A stretch of 63,152 bases of DNA, counting the filler, from Choristocarpus tenellus KU-1152 (taxonomy: Eukaryota; Protista; Phaeophyceae): assembly GCA_964200185.2 (NCBI GenBank). It is 11 parts of 11 records of this genome, joined end to end, with 100 filler letters (N's around TTAATTAATTAA, not from the genome) between each part and the next. Parts side by side here need not be neighbours in the genome. Positions count along the whole stretch, not along the records: positions 49,743 to 52,869 come from CAXNAD020022130.1; positions 52,970 to 56,933 come from CAXNAD020016900.1; positions 57,034 to 59,834 come from CAXNAD020024629.1; positions 59,935 to 63,152 come from CAXNAD020021459.1; 7 more parts are not named here. One strand, given 5' to 3'. Every line of letters begins with the position of its first letter. Position 1 is the first letter of the stretch. This document shows positions 52,151-63,152 of this stretch, in pieces. The notes below the pieces were generated by a model, which was not told where the DNA came from, made no database searches, and saw nothing but the letters and a program-made list of their open reading frames with translations. The translations under genes and the position numbers were made by a program.

Positions 52151-53004
52151 GGTGTACGGCTATTGAAGTACAACCATTGAAGGTTTCGAGTAAGATATCT
52201 ATAGGGTCAACATCATCTTTTTAGAATTTCACTAGAACAAAAACATCTGGAATGAAGGAATGAAAGGATTGAAGGTTGAGACATCCTAATCTAACTAACA
52301 GCCCTGCTGTTCACTCCAGAGTATATCGATCTATACAATTTTTTGTCTTTCCTTTTCATTCCCTCCTAGAATAATAATATGGCGTGTTTGTCCAGTTGTA
52401 GGGGGGGGGAGAGAGGTACCTGAGAGAAAAATATTGGCCCACACCATATGGGGGGTACTATGCAATCGTTTGTGTGCATGTCATTTATGCAGCAATTAAT
52501 ATGTTGGTGTAGTATATTTTCCCTGCTTGAAAGGGGTATGTTGACCCAAAGTATCTGGGGGTGGGGGACGGTCTATACCAGGGTGTCCATTTGGACCAAA
52601 ACCAGGAAAAGTGCACATACATCAGTAGAGTGGAGGTTAAGTTTTTCTATCAGACCCCTACCCTGGGTGAAGAAAGGATGTACTCGTCTGCCATGGCAAA
52701 CTGAAGGGTTGAACATCGGGTGAAGAAAGGATCTACTTAGGATCTACTTAGGATGTACTTGATGCAGTGTCTCCCGCCCCAGCCCCTCCGTCCCTCTTTC
52801 CTTTCCCCTCTCTGCAGACGCCTGCCTACCAATAGAGTAAAGGATTTTTTTATTGCTGTGTTTCATTTTNNNNNNNNNNNNNNNNNNNNNNNNNNNNNNN
52901 NNNNNNNNNNNNNTTAATTAATTAANNNNNNNNNNNNNNNNNNNNNNNNNNNNNNNNNNNNNNNNNNNNTTTATTTTTTTGGGGCTAGTAACGAAATGTA
53001 TGTA

Positions 53005-53070
53005 TATAGTTTTCATTGGTTTCCCCCCTGACACATCTGCAAAATGTCAGAGGGCATAATAATAAAATAT
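53005..53070 (+). repeat. Short stem-loop plus (ATA)n repeat, family C (also 20838-20902, 46557-46625 on minus, 62590-62647)
   Basis: GTTTTCATTGGTTTCCCCCCTGACACATCTGCAAAATGTCAGAGGGCATAATAATAAAAT is nearly identical among copies. Confidence 0.8.
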
Positions 53071-53199
53071 TATTTGTTAATTCTGAATCTTACTTTTGAA
53101 AAAGTTACCCAAAAAACCCCATAACGATGCAGACTTATGGGATAGAGGAGTATTGCCATTATTTTGTTGATGATGAGTTAATGAGTTTCTTTCCTCTGA

Positions 53200-56100
53200 A
53201 GGGTCGTGACTTTCATCCCACCTTTGAGCTACCGTACCTGTGACGCCTCTCTGGTCAATAATTCTGGCGACACTGACAATCACTCCACATTTTACAACAA
53301 AAAACTCGCGCCTTTTCCTCATATTTTTTTGTTTTATTAGGTGATGCTTTCTCACAATGTAGAAGAGTCCTGAGCTGTTGTGGTGCCTGCACTGTCCACA
53401 TTGCATTGCGTTTCACACAAGGAATGTCCCCCGTGTTCCACTCGGGTACCTACTTGAGTCCACTTACATTATCTGTCCCTCTTTCACTATTAATTTATTG
53501 ATCAGCACCGAACGATTGACATACATTGGTGAACATTTCGTGCATAAAATGAGTAAGTTGGGTAGGAAAATATACATACACAGAAATACACGTATTGGAA
53601 ACCTAAACGCTCAAACTTAGTGTTACCCTAGAACGTTTGACCATGATTTTACCTATGCTACTTACCATTGTATAAACATGGACAGCAAGAGGGATATATG
53701 TTTGGTTCTACAACCATCTATTGTACATGAAACACCAGAATCAATGTGTTCCCATTAATATTATAATAAAGGTCGACATAAAGAATAGTAGTAGTTAAAA
53801 AAGAGATCAAATCAGTAAGTCGTAACGCTGGTCGAAACGTCAGGTTTGAAATTATTCCAATCAACTGGGCTCTAATGTAGGTTCGTAGTCCGTCAACATT
53901 CACAGATTCTGCATACCCCAGGATGTGCACAGAACAACATTTTGTCTCAGTTCGATGCGTTCACACAAATGTACTGGGAGCCTGAATGCAGTTATCACTC
54001 GAGAGGATTGCATATCACCCACTTCCCCAACTGGATCGTGTTCTCCCGGAAGGAGTACATGGAGTGGGACATACGGGGATGAATGCACTATCCCGAAGGA
54101 GGCATGACATCTGCCACCTATTCTCTGATTGTCTGTGTAGGAGTAGCTCAGTATGCAGTTCTTTTTGTGTGTTACGGAATTTGCTTTGTCAAGTAGAGGT
54201 TTTTTCTGCGCAAGTGGTGTGATGGATTATTCTTGTATCGAATGGCCCAAGGAGAATAACTTCTTAATGCAGGTGGTGAGCATGTCGAGAGCTAAGGATT
54301 CCTGAACCAGTAGTTGGAATGTTGTCGTGTAGGGCTTCTACTTCAAGAGATATCCCTCACGATGCTTATCACCTAGATAGAATGCTGCTAGGTTCCCGTA
54401 AGAATTGACGTCCATGAGTAGGGTCCATGCCGACTGCTCTCTTAGAGACAGACACGGAGAGGGAGCTGTGTATGTATACACATATCTTAGTTGACTAGTG
54501 CCAACCATAGAAAGCCCCAATGCCGATACTTGCTGACCACCAGCTTGATTCCTGCCCCAACTACTATGCATAGCGCAGATTAACTACCAAGATGTGGTGG
54601 TCCTGCACAGGAGATGGAGGCGGGCCAAGGTGGGCCAACAACGAAACTGGGCAAATATTGTTTGGACACAAAATGTCACACTTAGTGGAAGCACTCATGA
54701 TAACATACATCGTTTCGACCTTTGCAAGTAACAGTCAAATGTAGATCAGATCAGAGCACACATTGCATCGTTGCAGTGTGTGTGAGACACAGTAGAAAGC
54801 TTTAATCCAGGGCAAATTGAACAGTCCTGCTGCTTTGGAACCCTTCAACCCACAAGAGTGCCCTTGAGTCTAATTTGAGGGAAGAAGGTGTGCCGTGGAA
54901 AATTGGGTAATCATGCAAAGCCACGCTCTGAGGCATCGACCAGCACTGTTGAAATATTAGGCAAGCTATAGCTATCAACCATGTGATCATCAATTATTCC
55001 ATCATTTTTGGGGCATCAATGTTGGGTGCCATAAACTGACCTTTCACATACTGAGATGCTTCCACATCACATCAAGACGTCACAGAGTGCAAACATCAAG
55101 TGAGTGCTGAAGGATGAGAGACATATGGATTTGTTAGTCTGCCACCACATCTGCTTTGTGGAGGTTGGACTGTGTTGACGGATAGGATAGGATCAGCAAA
55201 ATAAGGTCCAAAAAGTGAAAGCGCATGCAAGTTTGCCACTCAGAAATATATCCCATTGCACAGGTTTTGGATCACTCCCCAAGCATAAAATTCATACTGA
55301 TAACTTATTTCTGTAACTTTGATTCGTGCTGGTTTATCAAAAGGCTCGAGAGAAGGAGCGAGAGGCTGAGGTTGCAAGCCTTCAGTGCCTACTGTTGACC
55401 AAAGAAAGAGAAATTGAAAGGCTGCAGAAAACTGTTACTGGCATGGAAAGCACAAGGGCTCTTAATATGCAGCTGCAAGTGGGTTGTACCATCGTCCATT
55501 GAAGTACCACTCTTCTTGCTGGTGTGCAGAAAACCAAAGGGTTGTCTTACAGCTTCTAACAACATTTTGCAGCCTAGGACTAGCGGGAAGTCGTAAAAAG
55601 CAATTCTCCAAGTGCATTCTACAATGTGGCGTTATTAATAATGTAGGTTGAGGGGCAAGTAGCTACTTCATGTCTTAGGCTACTGATGATTATTCCCAGG
55701 CCACCGAACAAGGAAAAAATATAAACAGCTTCATTCTATAAGCACGTTGAAACAAATTTTGAAATTTGAAGCAGAGATTGAGATATAGGGGATATTGTGA
55801 CACATGAAAATCAATGTTCACACCCACACCACACCTATCAGATTGAACTGAAAATAGGACAAATTCTTCTCGGTTGCCACATGACTTACTGTTGAAATCA
55901 ACCCATGAAGCAACATTTGACACAACCAAAGCAATACTGTGGCCTTTCCAGGTGTTAAAGAGTTACACAGGACATCAGGTTTCATTTGGTTGAGATCACT
56001 ACAATGAGTGTCTACAAGACAAGTTCCCTGCAAACACAAGGATGCTACTATAATTGGTAGTCTTACGCCAAGTTGTGCTTCCTTTGTTGAAACTTCTGTT

Positions 56101-56450
56101 GTATACAGTAAAGGTTTATCTTGGGATTATACTATTCTTGGATACATCAGATATCATTCAATACTTTTAAACTTTAACAAATTACCCATTCAGATTAGTG
56201 AGTACTGGTCACATTGTCTGACTGCATGGATACTACCATTGTTGTATATAACTCTGGAGGAGCACTTTCTGCATGGCATATATTGGTGCTGTGTGCTTGG
56301 AAGCATTTGAAGGTTGAAGCAGGAGAAGGATAGGTATCCAAAGTCAGAAACCAGCCGGCAGGTAACCGTGTCTCAAGCGTTGAAGAGAATGCAAGCGCAT
56401 AGGGGGGTTTTATCAATACTGCAAGACCAATTGGAGAAATTTATACCCTT
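53200..56450 (-). mobile_element. Highly decayed CRE/R2-like non-LTR retrotransposon
   Basis: Eroded motifs in the expected order: ISPIGL (~RPI), CGVGV, LCFKFQNLFQR (~DF.NAFN), LFGPYF, IIDD, HGTP, AGGQ, C..C RHHN. Confidence 0.55.
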
Positions 56451-56642
56451 CAGAGCTTTGTGAGGAGATATTCATTCTTGGGAGGCCATCCTAGTGTTTG
56501 TTCTCACGCACTTGACTGGAGAAAGAGGATGTGACCAATCGTAGAGTGCTCTTTTCCAAAGCAGTCAAGGAGTTTGGGAGCATCTAATGGACATTAATAA
56601 AGAGCCCAAAGATATTTCCCTCCAGTGATACACTTGTGTTTA

Positions 56643-56900
56643 GAGTGAAAGTGTCTTAGAGGGTATGAGTTTTGCCTTGTTTGTCTGTTTGGGGCTTGGC
56701 TTCCCACAGGGTTTATTATGACACTTTCCTACTCCAAAATGTTTAGGAGTAGGTAACATGTGTATGTTGTGAAAGGTGTCTCCGGAATAAGGATATTGAC
56801 ATTTCCTAACAAACATGATAGCCAAAATTACATCAAAATCGGAACATTGGATTTTGGACCCCAAATAGACGCAGCTCTACCCTCTAAGATACTTTGACTC
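56643..56900 (-). mobile_element. MITE family B
   Basis: Both TIRs; TSD TTA/TTA. Confidence 0.88.
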
Positions 56901-57033
56901 TTAGAATACGGACCCAAAGTATCTGGGGGGGGGNNNNNNNNNNNNNNNNNNNNNNNNNNNNNNNNNNNNNNNNNNNNTTAATTAATTAANNNNNNNNNNN
57001 NNNNNNNNNNNNNNNNNNNNNNNNNNNNNNNNN

Positions 57034-57767
57034 TTGCGCTCAGGAAACGCCTAAGCGAAAACCCGGGTGTAGAATATCATTAGTAGTCGACAGTTGCAGC
57101 AGGCCCTAGCTGTTTGGAAGCTATGTGAGCCAGAGTGGCTTAGGAAACGAGAAAGAAGGTGTTAGGGTAGGGTTACAAGGGCTCTGAAGCCCGAAAGAAG
57201 GTAACCCATTTCCGGCGCTCAACGAGGAAGTGTGATAGTAAAAGCTCTAACACTGCGAATCCTGTACGTGTGTATGAATGGCGGGAAAGACCTTCAAACG
57301 GCGCTCGAGATGGCAGCAGGACATGCAATGGTCAGGTCGGAAATACTGAGCAAATGGGAGAGAGACTTCCTAACTAAGGGCCATATCAAGGTGTCGGAAC
57401 AAGGGTGCGACGAGAGGCGTTTCGTTCTGGGCCTCGACAAGGACATTCTTGCCGATGTCAAAGAGTGGGTGCTCGAACACAAAGGAAGAAAGGTTGGGGA
57501 GGCTTTTTTCCTGGCTTAACCTTATGCTTCAATCAAGTAATAGCATATCTGTTGCCACTCTTGGTGACCAACAATCCGGGGTTCGAACCTCAATATGAGC
57601 GATCTTTCTTCAAAAATAGAAAAAAAAAATGGCGAAAAAGAAAAACGAAGCCCGTACTCTGGAGGGCATTGTGACGTGCATCACGAATATGCTTTTTTTT
57701 AAATCCGATGTCTACATCAAAAATTATGACGGGACAACCCCAGGCGCATAAGCTATTGGTACCACTA
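57034..57767 (+). mobile_element. Family E derivative carrying a probable N-terminal transposase segment
   Basis: ORF 57232-57519 (ILSKWERDFLTKGHIKVSEQG...DKDILADVKEWV) is fused to the family E 3' end and TIR GGTACCACTA|TA. Confidence 0.7.
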
Positions 57768-57949
57768 TACCTAAAAAACGAGGTTGTTACACCTACTCAC
57801 TAAGAAAAACGCGTTCTGTATGATGTTGATACAGCAATTTGTTGCGTTGAGAGCAAATTTTGTAACTCATAGTTCCTTAAGGTGCATTTACCTTGTATAC
57901 CTTGCAGTATCATTGTGTCCTGTGAATTCTAATAGTGTTCAAAGGCACA

Positions 57950-58600
57950 GTTAAATGGTTGTGCCGAGAACATCGAAGTCTATGGACACACCTCCTTGGT
58001 ACTGGTGCATGTGTGTCACGTCTGTAATCATCTTGCTCATCAAAAATAGAAGGGTTTTTCCGATCTCACTTTGTAGTTTTAATCTCAACATCTTCGCTGT
58101 TTTTTCATTCACTGTTCTTTTTTGCTGCGTACAACCATGCCTGCCCCATCTCCAGACGGCATCCTTGAGGCTTTTTGATGGGCAACGTGGACAAAGTCAC
58201 CAGTACCTCCATAATTCCACGTTGGGAGGACAGTGTCAGGCTGCCACCATCTGCCCTCATGTTATAGTGGGCAACGGAATACTGCGTCGTCTTCCATAGG
58301 ATGTGATGCTGCGGAACTAGAATTGCGGTATAAATCTCCAATTATCAAAAGAGTGAACAAACCTCAGAACATCCATTCCCGATAACGGTCCCCATACTAC
58401 ATAATGTATTTCCACCTCTGTTGACCATCTCCACAACAAAACTCTATATTATTCCTTCCACATTCAAAACATTTCCACCATTCCACGGCTACACAAATGA
58501 AAATCCACGTAGACATGCACATGCATAGGTAGAATTCTTGTCGTGATTGGATACCTCACCAATATCACCAGAGAAACAAGAAAAAATTATATTTCCTGAC
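57950..58600 (-). mobile_element. Possible Ty1/Copia RT-RNase H relic
   Basis: Eroded HVYVDF (~YVDD), YSVAH (~VALS) and MITDV (~MIAD.LTK) in the right order. Confidence 0.35.
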
Positions 58601-60368
58601 CCTTAGGTGTGTGCTAGTCAAGACAAGTAGAGAATTGCTTTCAGTCTACATCTACGCCACTGTTTCTCCCCCTGATGATGATCATATCCCCACCGACACA
58701 CAGAATGAGCTCTGTCCCTCGGCCAAACTTAGCATGAGATGTCTCCCATAGGTTTGTTTTCTCTGGAGAAGACAACAAGAGGTCCTCGGAGGGTCTGCTG
58801 GTTAGACTCTGTGGCAAACCCCTAGTACCTTCCCAGAAAGATGATTTAGGTGTTGTTGTAGTCAATTGCGAGGAAGCTGGAGGAAGTCAGAGATGTTAGT
58901 CGCCTTAAGAGGTACGACACAGGGAGGTAGTTGTGAGTTCTGTTGCGGGCTGCAATTATGCAATTCGGGGGAAGTGAAACAAGGGATAGCAAGGAAATGT
59001 ATTTTGCATTTTAAGCATAATCTCAGGGAAGCCGATGTCCTCCAATACAGATGGCTGCAGGATGCCACTACCAGCACCTCCTTTTCATTCAATGTTTGAT
59101 CCATTGTATATCCTAGAGGAGAGGTCAGACGCCGATTGGGGGCCTCTGTGACTCTGTAGTGATTTTTACGTCATATGAGTGGAACGTGTCAGATGTAAGG
59201 ACAGTTTCCTTCATCTGAACGCATCTTCCTTTTCCATCTCCTTGCCTGAACCAAATTTGAAGGAAAATCACCCGTAAAACGGGCATCAAACTGGGGTATC
59301 TCATAACAATTCATCAAGTCCCGAACTGGACCACATGGGCGCTAAACATCCCCCCCTCTAGGATATTATGACCCTTTAACCAATAATATCATTGTTGTGA
59401 TCGTAGTAGTAGTAGTGCCTTCTCTAGTGTCCCAAGTAGTAATAGGTACGGCAGAGGCCCCTTGAGATTGCCGCAATATACACGTGAACACCCTGTCAAT
59501 CAAAACACAAACAAGAAGGGTTGATTATGTTCTTGACTGTGTGAAGTACCTTCTTGTATGCACAGTAGAGACAATTATCAGTACGATCGGGCATCTACTC
59601 CGTAAAGGTTGACAATGCTGTGGGGGAAGAAATCCGACATCAGAGTCCCTGCCCGTATTTGTGTACTCTCTGAAGCTTCTTGTTCATGGAATGAATATGT
59701 GTTGTGGATTACGTACAGATTCAAACAAGTGAAAGGTAACGCAGGGTTGCATTTTCTAGATGGCTCAAATTATCTAGGAGGGAGTGGCGGCTGTCCATTT
59801 GGGGTCAATTTTTTCATGTCGCGATTTTTGGGTGNNNNNNNNNNNNNNNNNNNNNNNNNNNNNNNNNNNNNNNNNNNNTTAATTAATTAANNNNNNNNNN
59901 NNNNNNNNNNNNNNNNNNNNNNNNNNNNNNNNNNCTGTCCTTATACCTTAGGCTTGGTCGAGGTCGCTTCCAAATCGTAGCGATGCCCTCTACAAAAAGT
60001 ACCATAATATTTGAACAAAAATATATCCGGACCCTTAAAAAGTGCCGAAAAAAAGGACATATCCCGGGCCCTTCCAAGTGCAAAAACAGTTGCAAAAAAA
60101 AATCTTTCGGTACTTTTTCAAGACCGTTTTCGCAGAACAACCATCCTCATAGCCCCGCTCCATCCTCAATTTTTAAAATCCACTGTTATTGGTGAATTCA
60201 CGTGGACAATAGAATACGTTCATTGGATTTATGACCCCGAACGGACGTGGTCCTACCCTCTTAAATGATTTGGCTCTGGATAAATCCCGCACGCTTGACG
60301 TGGGGCTGGAGTATTTGGCAAGGCATCTCCCTGAATACTCCTACAAATAGCCATTCAGTTTAACTCAC

Positions 60369-61000
60369 TTACAAAGAGGCGAGAGAGGGCATCGGGCACA
60401 ATGTTGTATTTGCCTGGTTTGTGATGAATAGCGAAATCGAAGTAAGTGCCCAACGAAGCAGCATATTTTCTATATCTTGCATATACTTGGGATTTGTGGC
60501 GCGTTTGACCAGTGAATAAGTCAAAGTGTCAATCTCAGATATGTAGACGGCAGTGGTAATTGCGTGGACTAGCGCCAAACATTCTTTGAATGTGGCCGAG
60601 TAATTTCGTTGATTTCCATCATTTTTTTACTGAAAAAGGTACAATATGCATCTGCTTTTGCGACAGGAATTTTGTGATATAACAGCAGATTTCAAAAATT
60701 GAGATCCGCAACAGTGAGAGACTTTGATACGCTAATGGAATCGATATGATCCTCAGCTAAGGGCATAAGCCCAGAACGTTTAATGAGGTGTCTGTTACTG
60801 GTCCTTTGAGAATCTATGCAGAATCTTAGAGTCTCATATGCTTTGGTTACAACGCTAAGAAGAGATCCCCAAGGGCTAGAGCGAGCTTCAATAATCCATT
60901 GGTTTCGTAGCATGGAAGGCCAATTTGAATGGCGCCCACCTGCCCGATTGCGAGCACTCGAAATGCAGAATATTTTCACTGAGTGCTTCTCCGGCACCGA
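60369..61000 (-). mobile_element. Ty3/Gypsy reverse-transcriptase relic
   Basis: IIEARSSPWGSLLSVVTK...LRFCID...PLAEDHIDSI...TVADL. Confidence 0.8.
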
Positions 61001-62110
61001 CTTTCCTCACTATCATCTCGGCCATATCCACAGCTTATCTCCCACAGCTGTATGCTCCGCATATCCAGTTGCCCACCCTCCAAGCCTGCATTAAGCACTC
61101 GGTACCCCTCACACCTCAAGGACAGTTTATTCCTAGGCACATCCAGAATAAACATTCTTCACGTCCGATTTTTCGTTTAGGTGTAGACCGTAACGTCATC
61201 ATATTAACACTTCAATATGGCCCTTCACTGCCTTGTAGCACTATGCCTGTCCTCCTTTGTGACTCAAATATTCTAAACATATGTTCATGTTTCACCTTTA
61301 CCACACTATTTTCAGATACGGCTAGTGACATCCCATGCATCTCTTACAATTTATAACGTGCCCACACTGACCTGCAGAATTCCCGTATTGAACTATTCCA
61401 CCAGGTAAGATTAACTAATGCTCGGCACATGACAGTGTGTTGATCATGATGAGGTTTATCAGGTTTCTCTTCAATTATGTGATATCACTATTCCAGTTGA
61501 GGCTTTGGTATTGCCTACCTAAGACCCTGACAATGTCCTACTCAATAAACAATGTTCTTGGAGCAACATATAGCTGATATGGTCAGATTTTATATTAAAA
61601 AAAATATTAATATTGATATACCTGCTATACATCATACTACCCATTATGCTCTGATATTTCATCTCAATTTAAAATAACAGCTATATTCATGCTCAAGTTC
61701 AATCTGTCCCAGTTTGCATGGAGAAAAAAAGCTCCATTCCCTTTGGAATCAGAAACTCTTGTTACCTGCCATTAGCGATGAGCCCCCATCACCACTTGAT
61801 ATGCTGTTTTAGAACCACGTGTCTGTTCATTAAATGAGACTGATCCATTAAATGCACGATCCTTGGCAGTTTGTTGGTATTGCCCGAACAGTTACAACGT
61901 GGAATGTTGATGATGGCCCAGGGTTTGTACAACTTCCTAACTAACATGTCTCCCCAAATAGTCCATATACTAAAAATGTACCTTAATTGGTCACATCTAC
62001 CCAGTGGATAGAGTCAGCAAGAAACCTGCTCATATTATTGCTCTATCTCCAACAACTTCACCTTCTCCACCCGAACAAACTCGTCTCAACACTGCTATGA
62101 AATACGCTTA

Positions 62111-62368
62111 GAGTCAAAGCATTTAAGAGGGTAGGACTTTTGCCCTGTTTGTCCGCTCGGGGCTTGGCTTCCCACGTTTTTTTTATACCCTTTTTCGGTT
62201 TTCTGTGTGAACACAGTTACCTAAAATGTGTACGACTATGAAAGGTGTTTCTGGAGCAAGGACATTTACACCTACTAACAAACACGATTGCCAAAATTCA
62301 CCAAAATCGCAACATTGGAATTATGACCCCAAATGCACTCAGCCCTACCCTCTTAAATGCTTTGGCTC
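62111..62368 (-). mobile_element. MITE family B (a partial copy is also at 31514-31595)
   Basis: Both TIRs; TSD TTA/TTA. Confidence 0.88.
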
Positions 62369-62665
62369 TTACACCCAAAAAACAACTTTTTCACATCAAG
62401 CACAATAGACACTGAATTTTTGTACCCAATTCCATCCATTATTTTCCCTCCACACCATAATAGATGTGGGAACTTGCACGATTACTAAAGCGGATGTTCC
62501 CCTCGAACCAGGTACCACATCGATTAACTGGGAGCACGGTATAAAGCCAACCCGCATGTCAGAGGTAATATCTGACTTGTGAATACTTTTGTTGACTTTT
62601 CTGCTGACACATCTACAAAATGTCAGAGGGCATAATAATGAAAATACATATTCGTTGAGGATTTA

Positions 62666-62844
62666 GGGTCAAAGTATCTGGGGGGGTGGCAGCTGTCCAT
62701 TCGGGGCCCATTTTTCCATATCGCGATTTTTGGGCGATTTGGTCGGATGAGTCAGATCGATAATGTAAGTTTACTTTTTCCTGGTCAGGGTCCGAATGGA
62801 CACCATGGTGTAGATCAGCCCCCCCAAACCAGATACTTTGAGCC
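62666..62844 (+). mobile_element. MITE family A
   Basis: GGGTCAAAGTATCT...AGATACTTTGAGCC; flanks TTA/TGA. Confidence 0.85.
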
Positions 62845-63152
62845 TGAGTAAGCCTTAGAAGGTCACTCAGGAAAGGAGCGACTGTAATAAGGGAAGTGAA
62901 TGTGGGGATCTGCAAGATCTTCTTATCCACTCGATATTGAAGTCGACAAAAAGTAATACTGTCATACAAACAAAGACACAGTGACTATCACATCTACCCA
63001 TTCCTAGTTTATTTTCTATTTGAGGAACATTGTTTACCCGTGCGCATTATCGCGCGCAGTGTCACATACATTTTGGTGAGAACTCTATGTGAATCGTGTG
63101 ATTCTGTGGCGGCGTGGTTCACTCAGGCAAGGGTGGCGAAGAGAATCACCGG

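Noticed and set aside
63088-63152. Family F as a tRNA gene or tRNA-derived SINE head
   Set aside because: Only an A-box-like stretch is present, with no B box or cloverleaf. It is kept as an unclassified repeat.

Overview
This is eukaryotic, intron-rich and transposon-dense DNA, most likely from a stramenopile and plausibly a brown alga (inference from gene content and TTAGGG repeats). It is not one locus. Ten artificial 100-nt N/TTAATTAATTAA/N linkers join 11 pieces, so nothing should be assumed to be adjacent across a linker. Host genes were rebuilt by reading splice sites: the 5' part of NDOR1 (minus strand, one GC-AG intron) head-to-head with a very acidic WxxF/WGDF-motif aftiphilin/synergin-like gene, the 5' part of LIS1, a complete 5-exon, 174-aa DUF4442 hot-dog-fold gene that the ORF track largely misses, one exon of a tandem ATP-grasp protein, and a tentative GPATCH11-like start. 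The rest is mobile DNA: a DD39D mariner nested in a hAT element inside the DUF4442 intron, a 26-bp satellite, two Harbinger-like MITE families, fragments of an IS630/Tc1-like family, solo LTRs, and Gypsy, Copia and CRE-like retroelement relics. The most unusual signal is about a dozen short (TTAGGG)n tracts, several of which appear as copy-specific insertions into transposon copies. I found no CRISPR array, rRNA or tRNA. All family assignments come from recognising motifs by eye; no database search was run.
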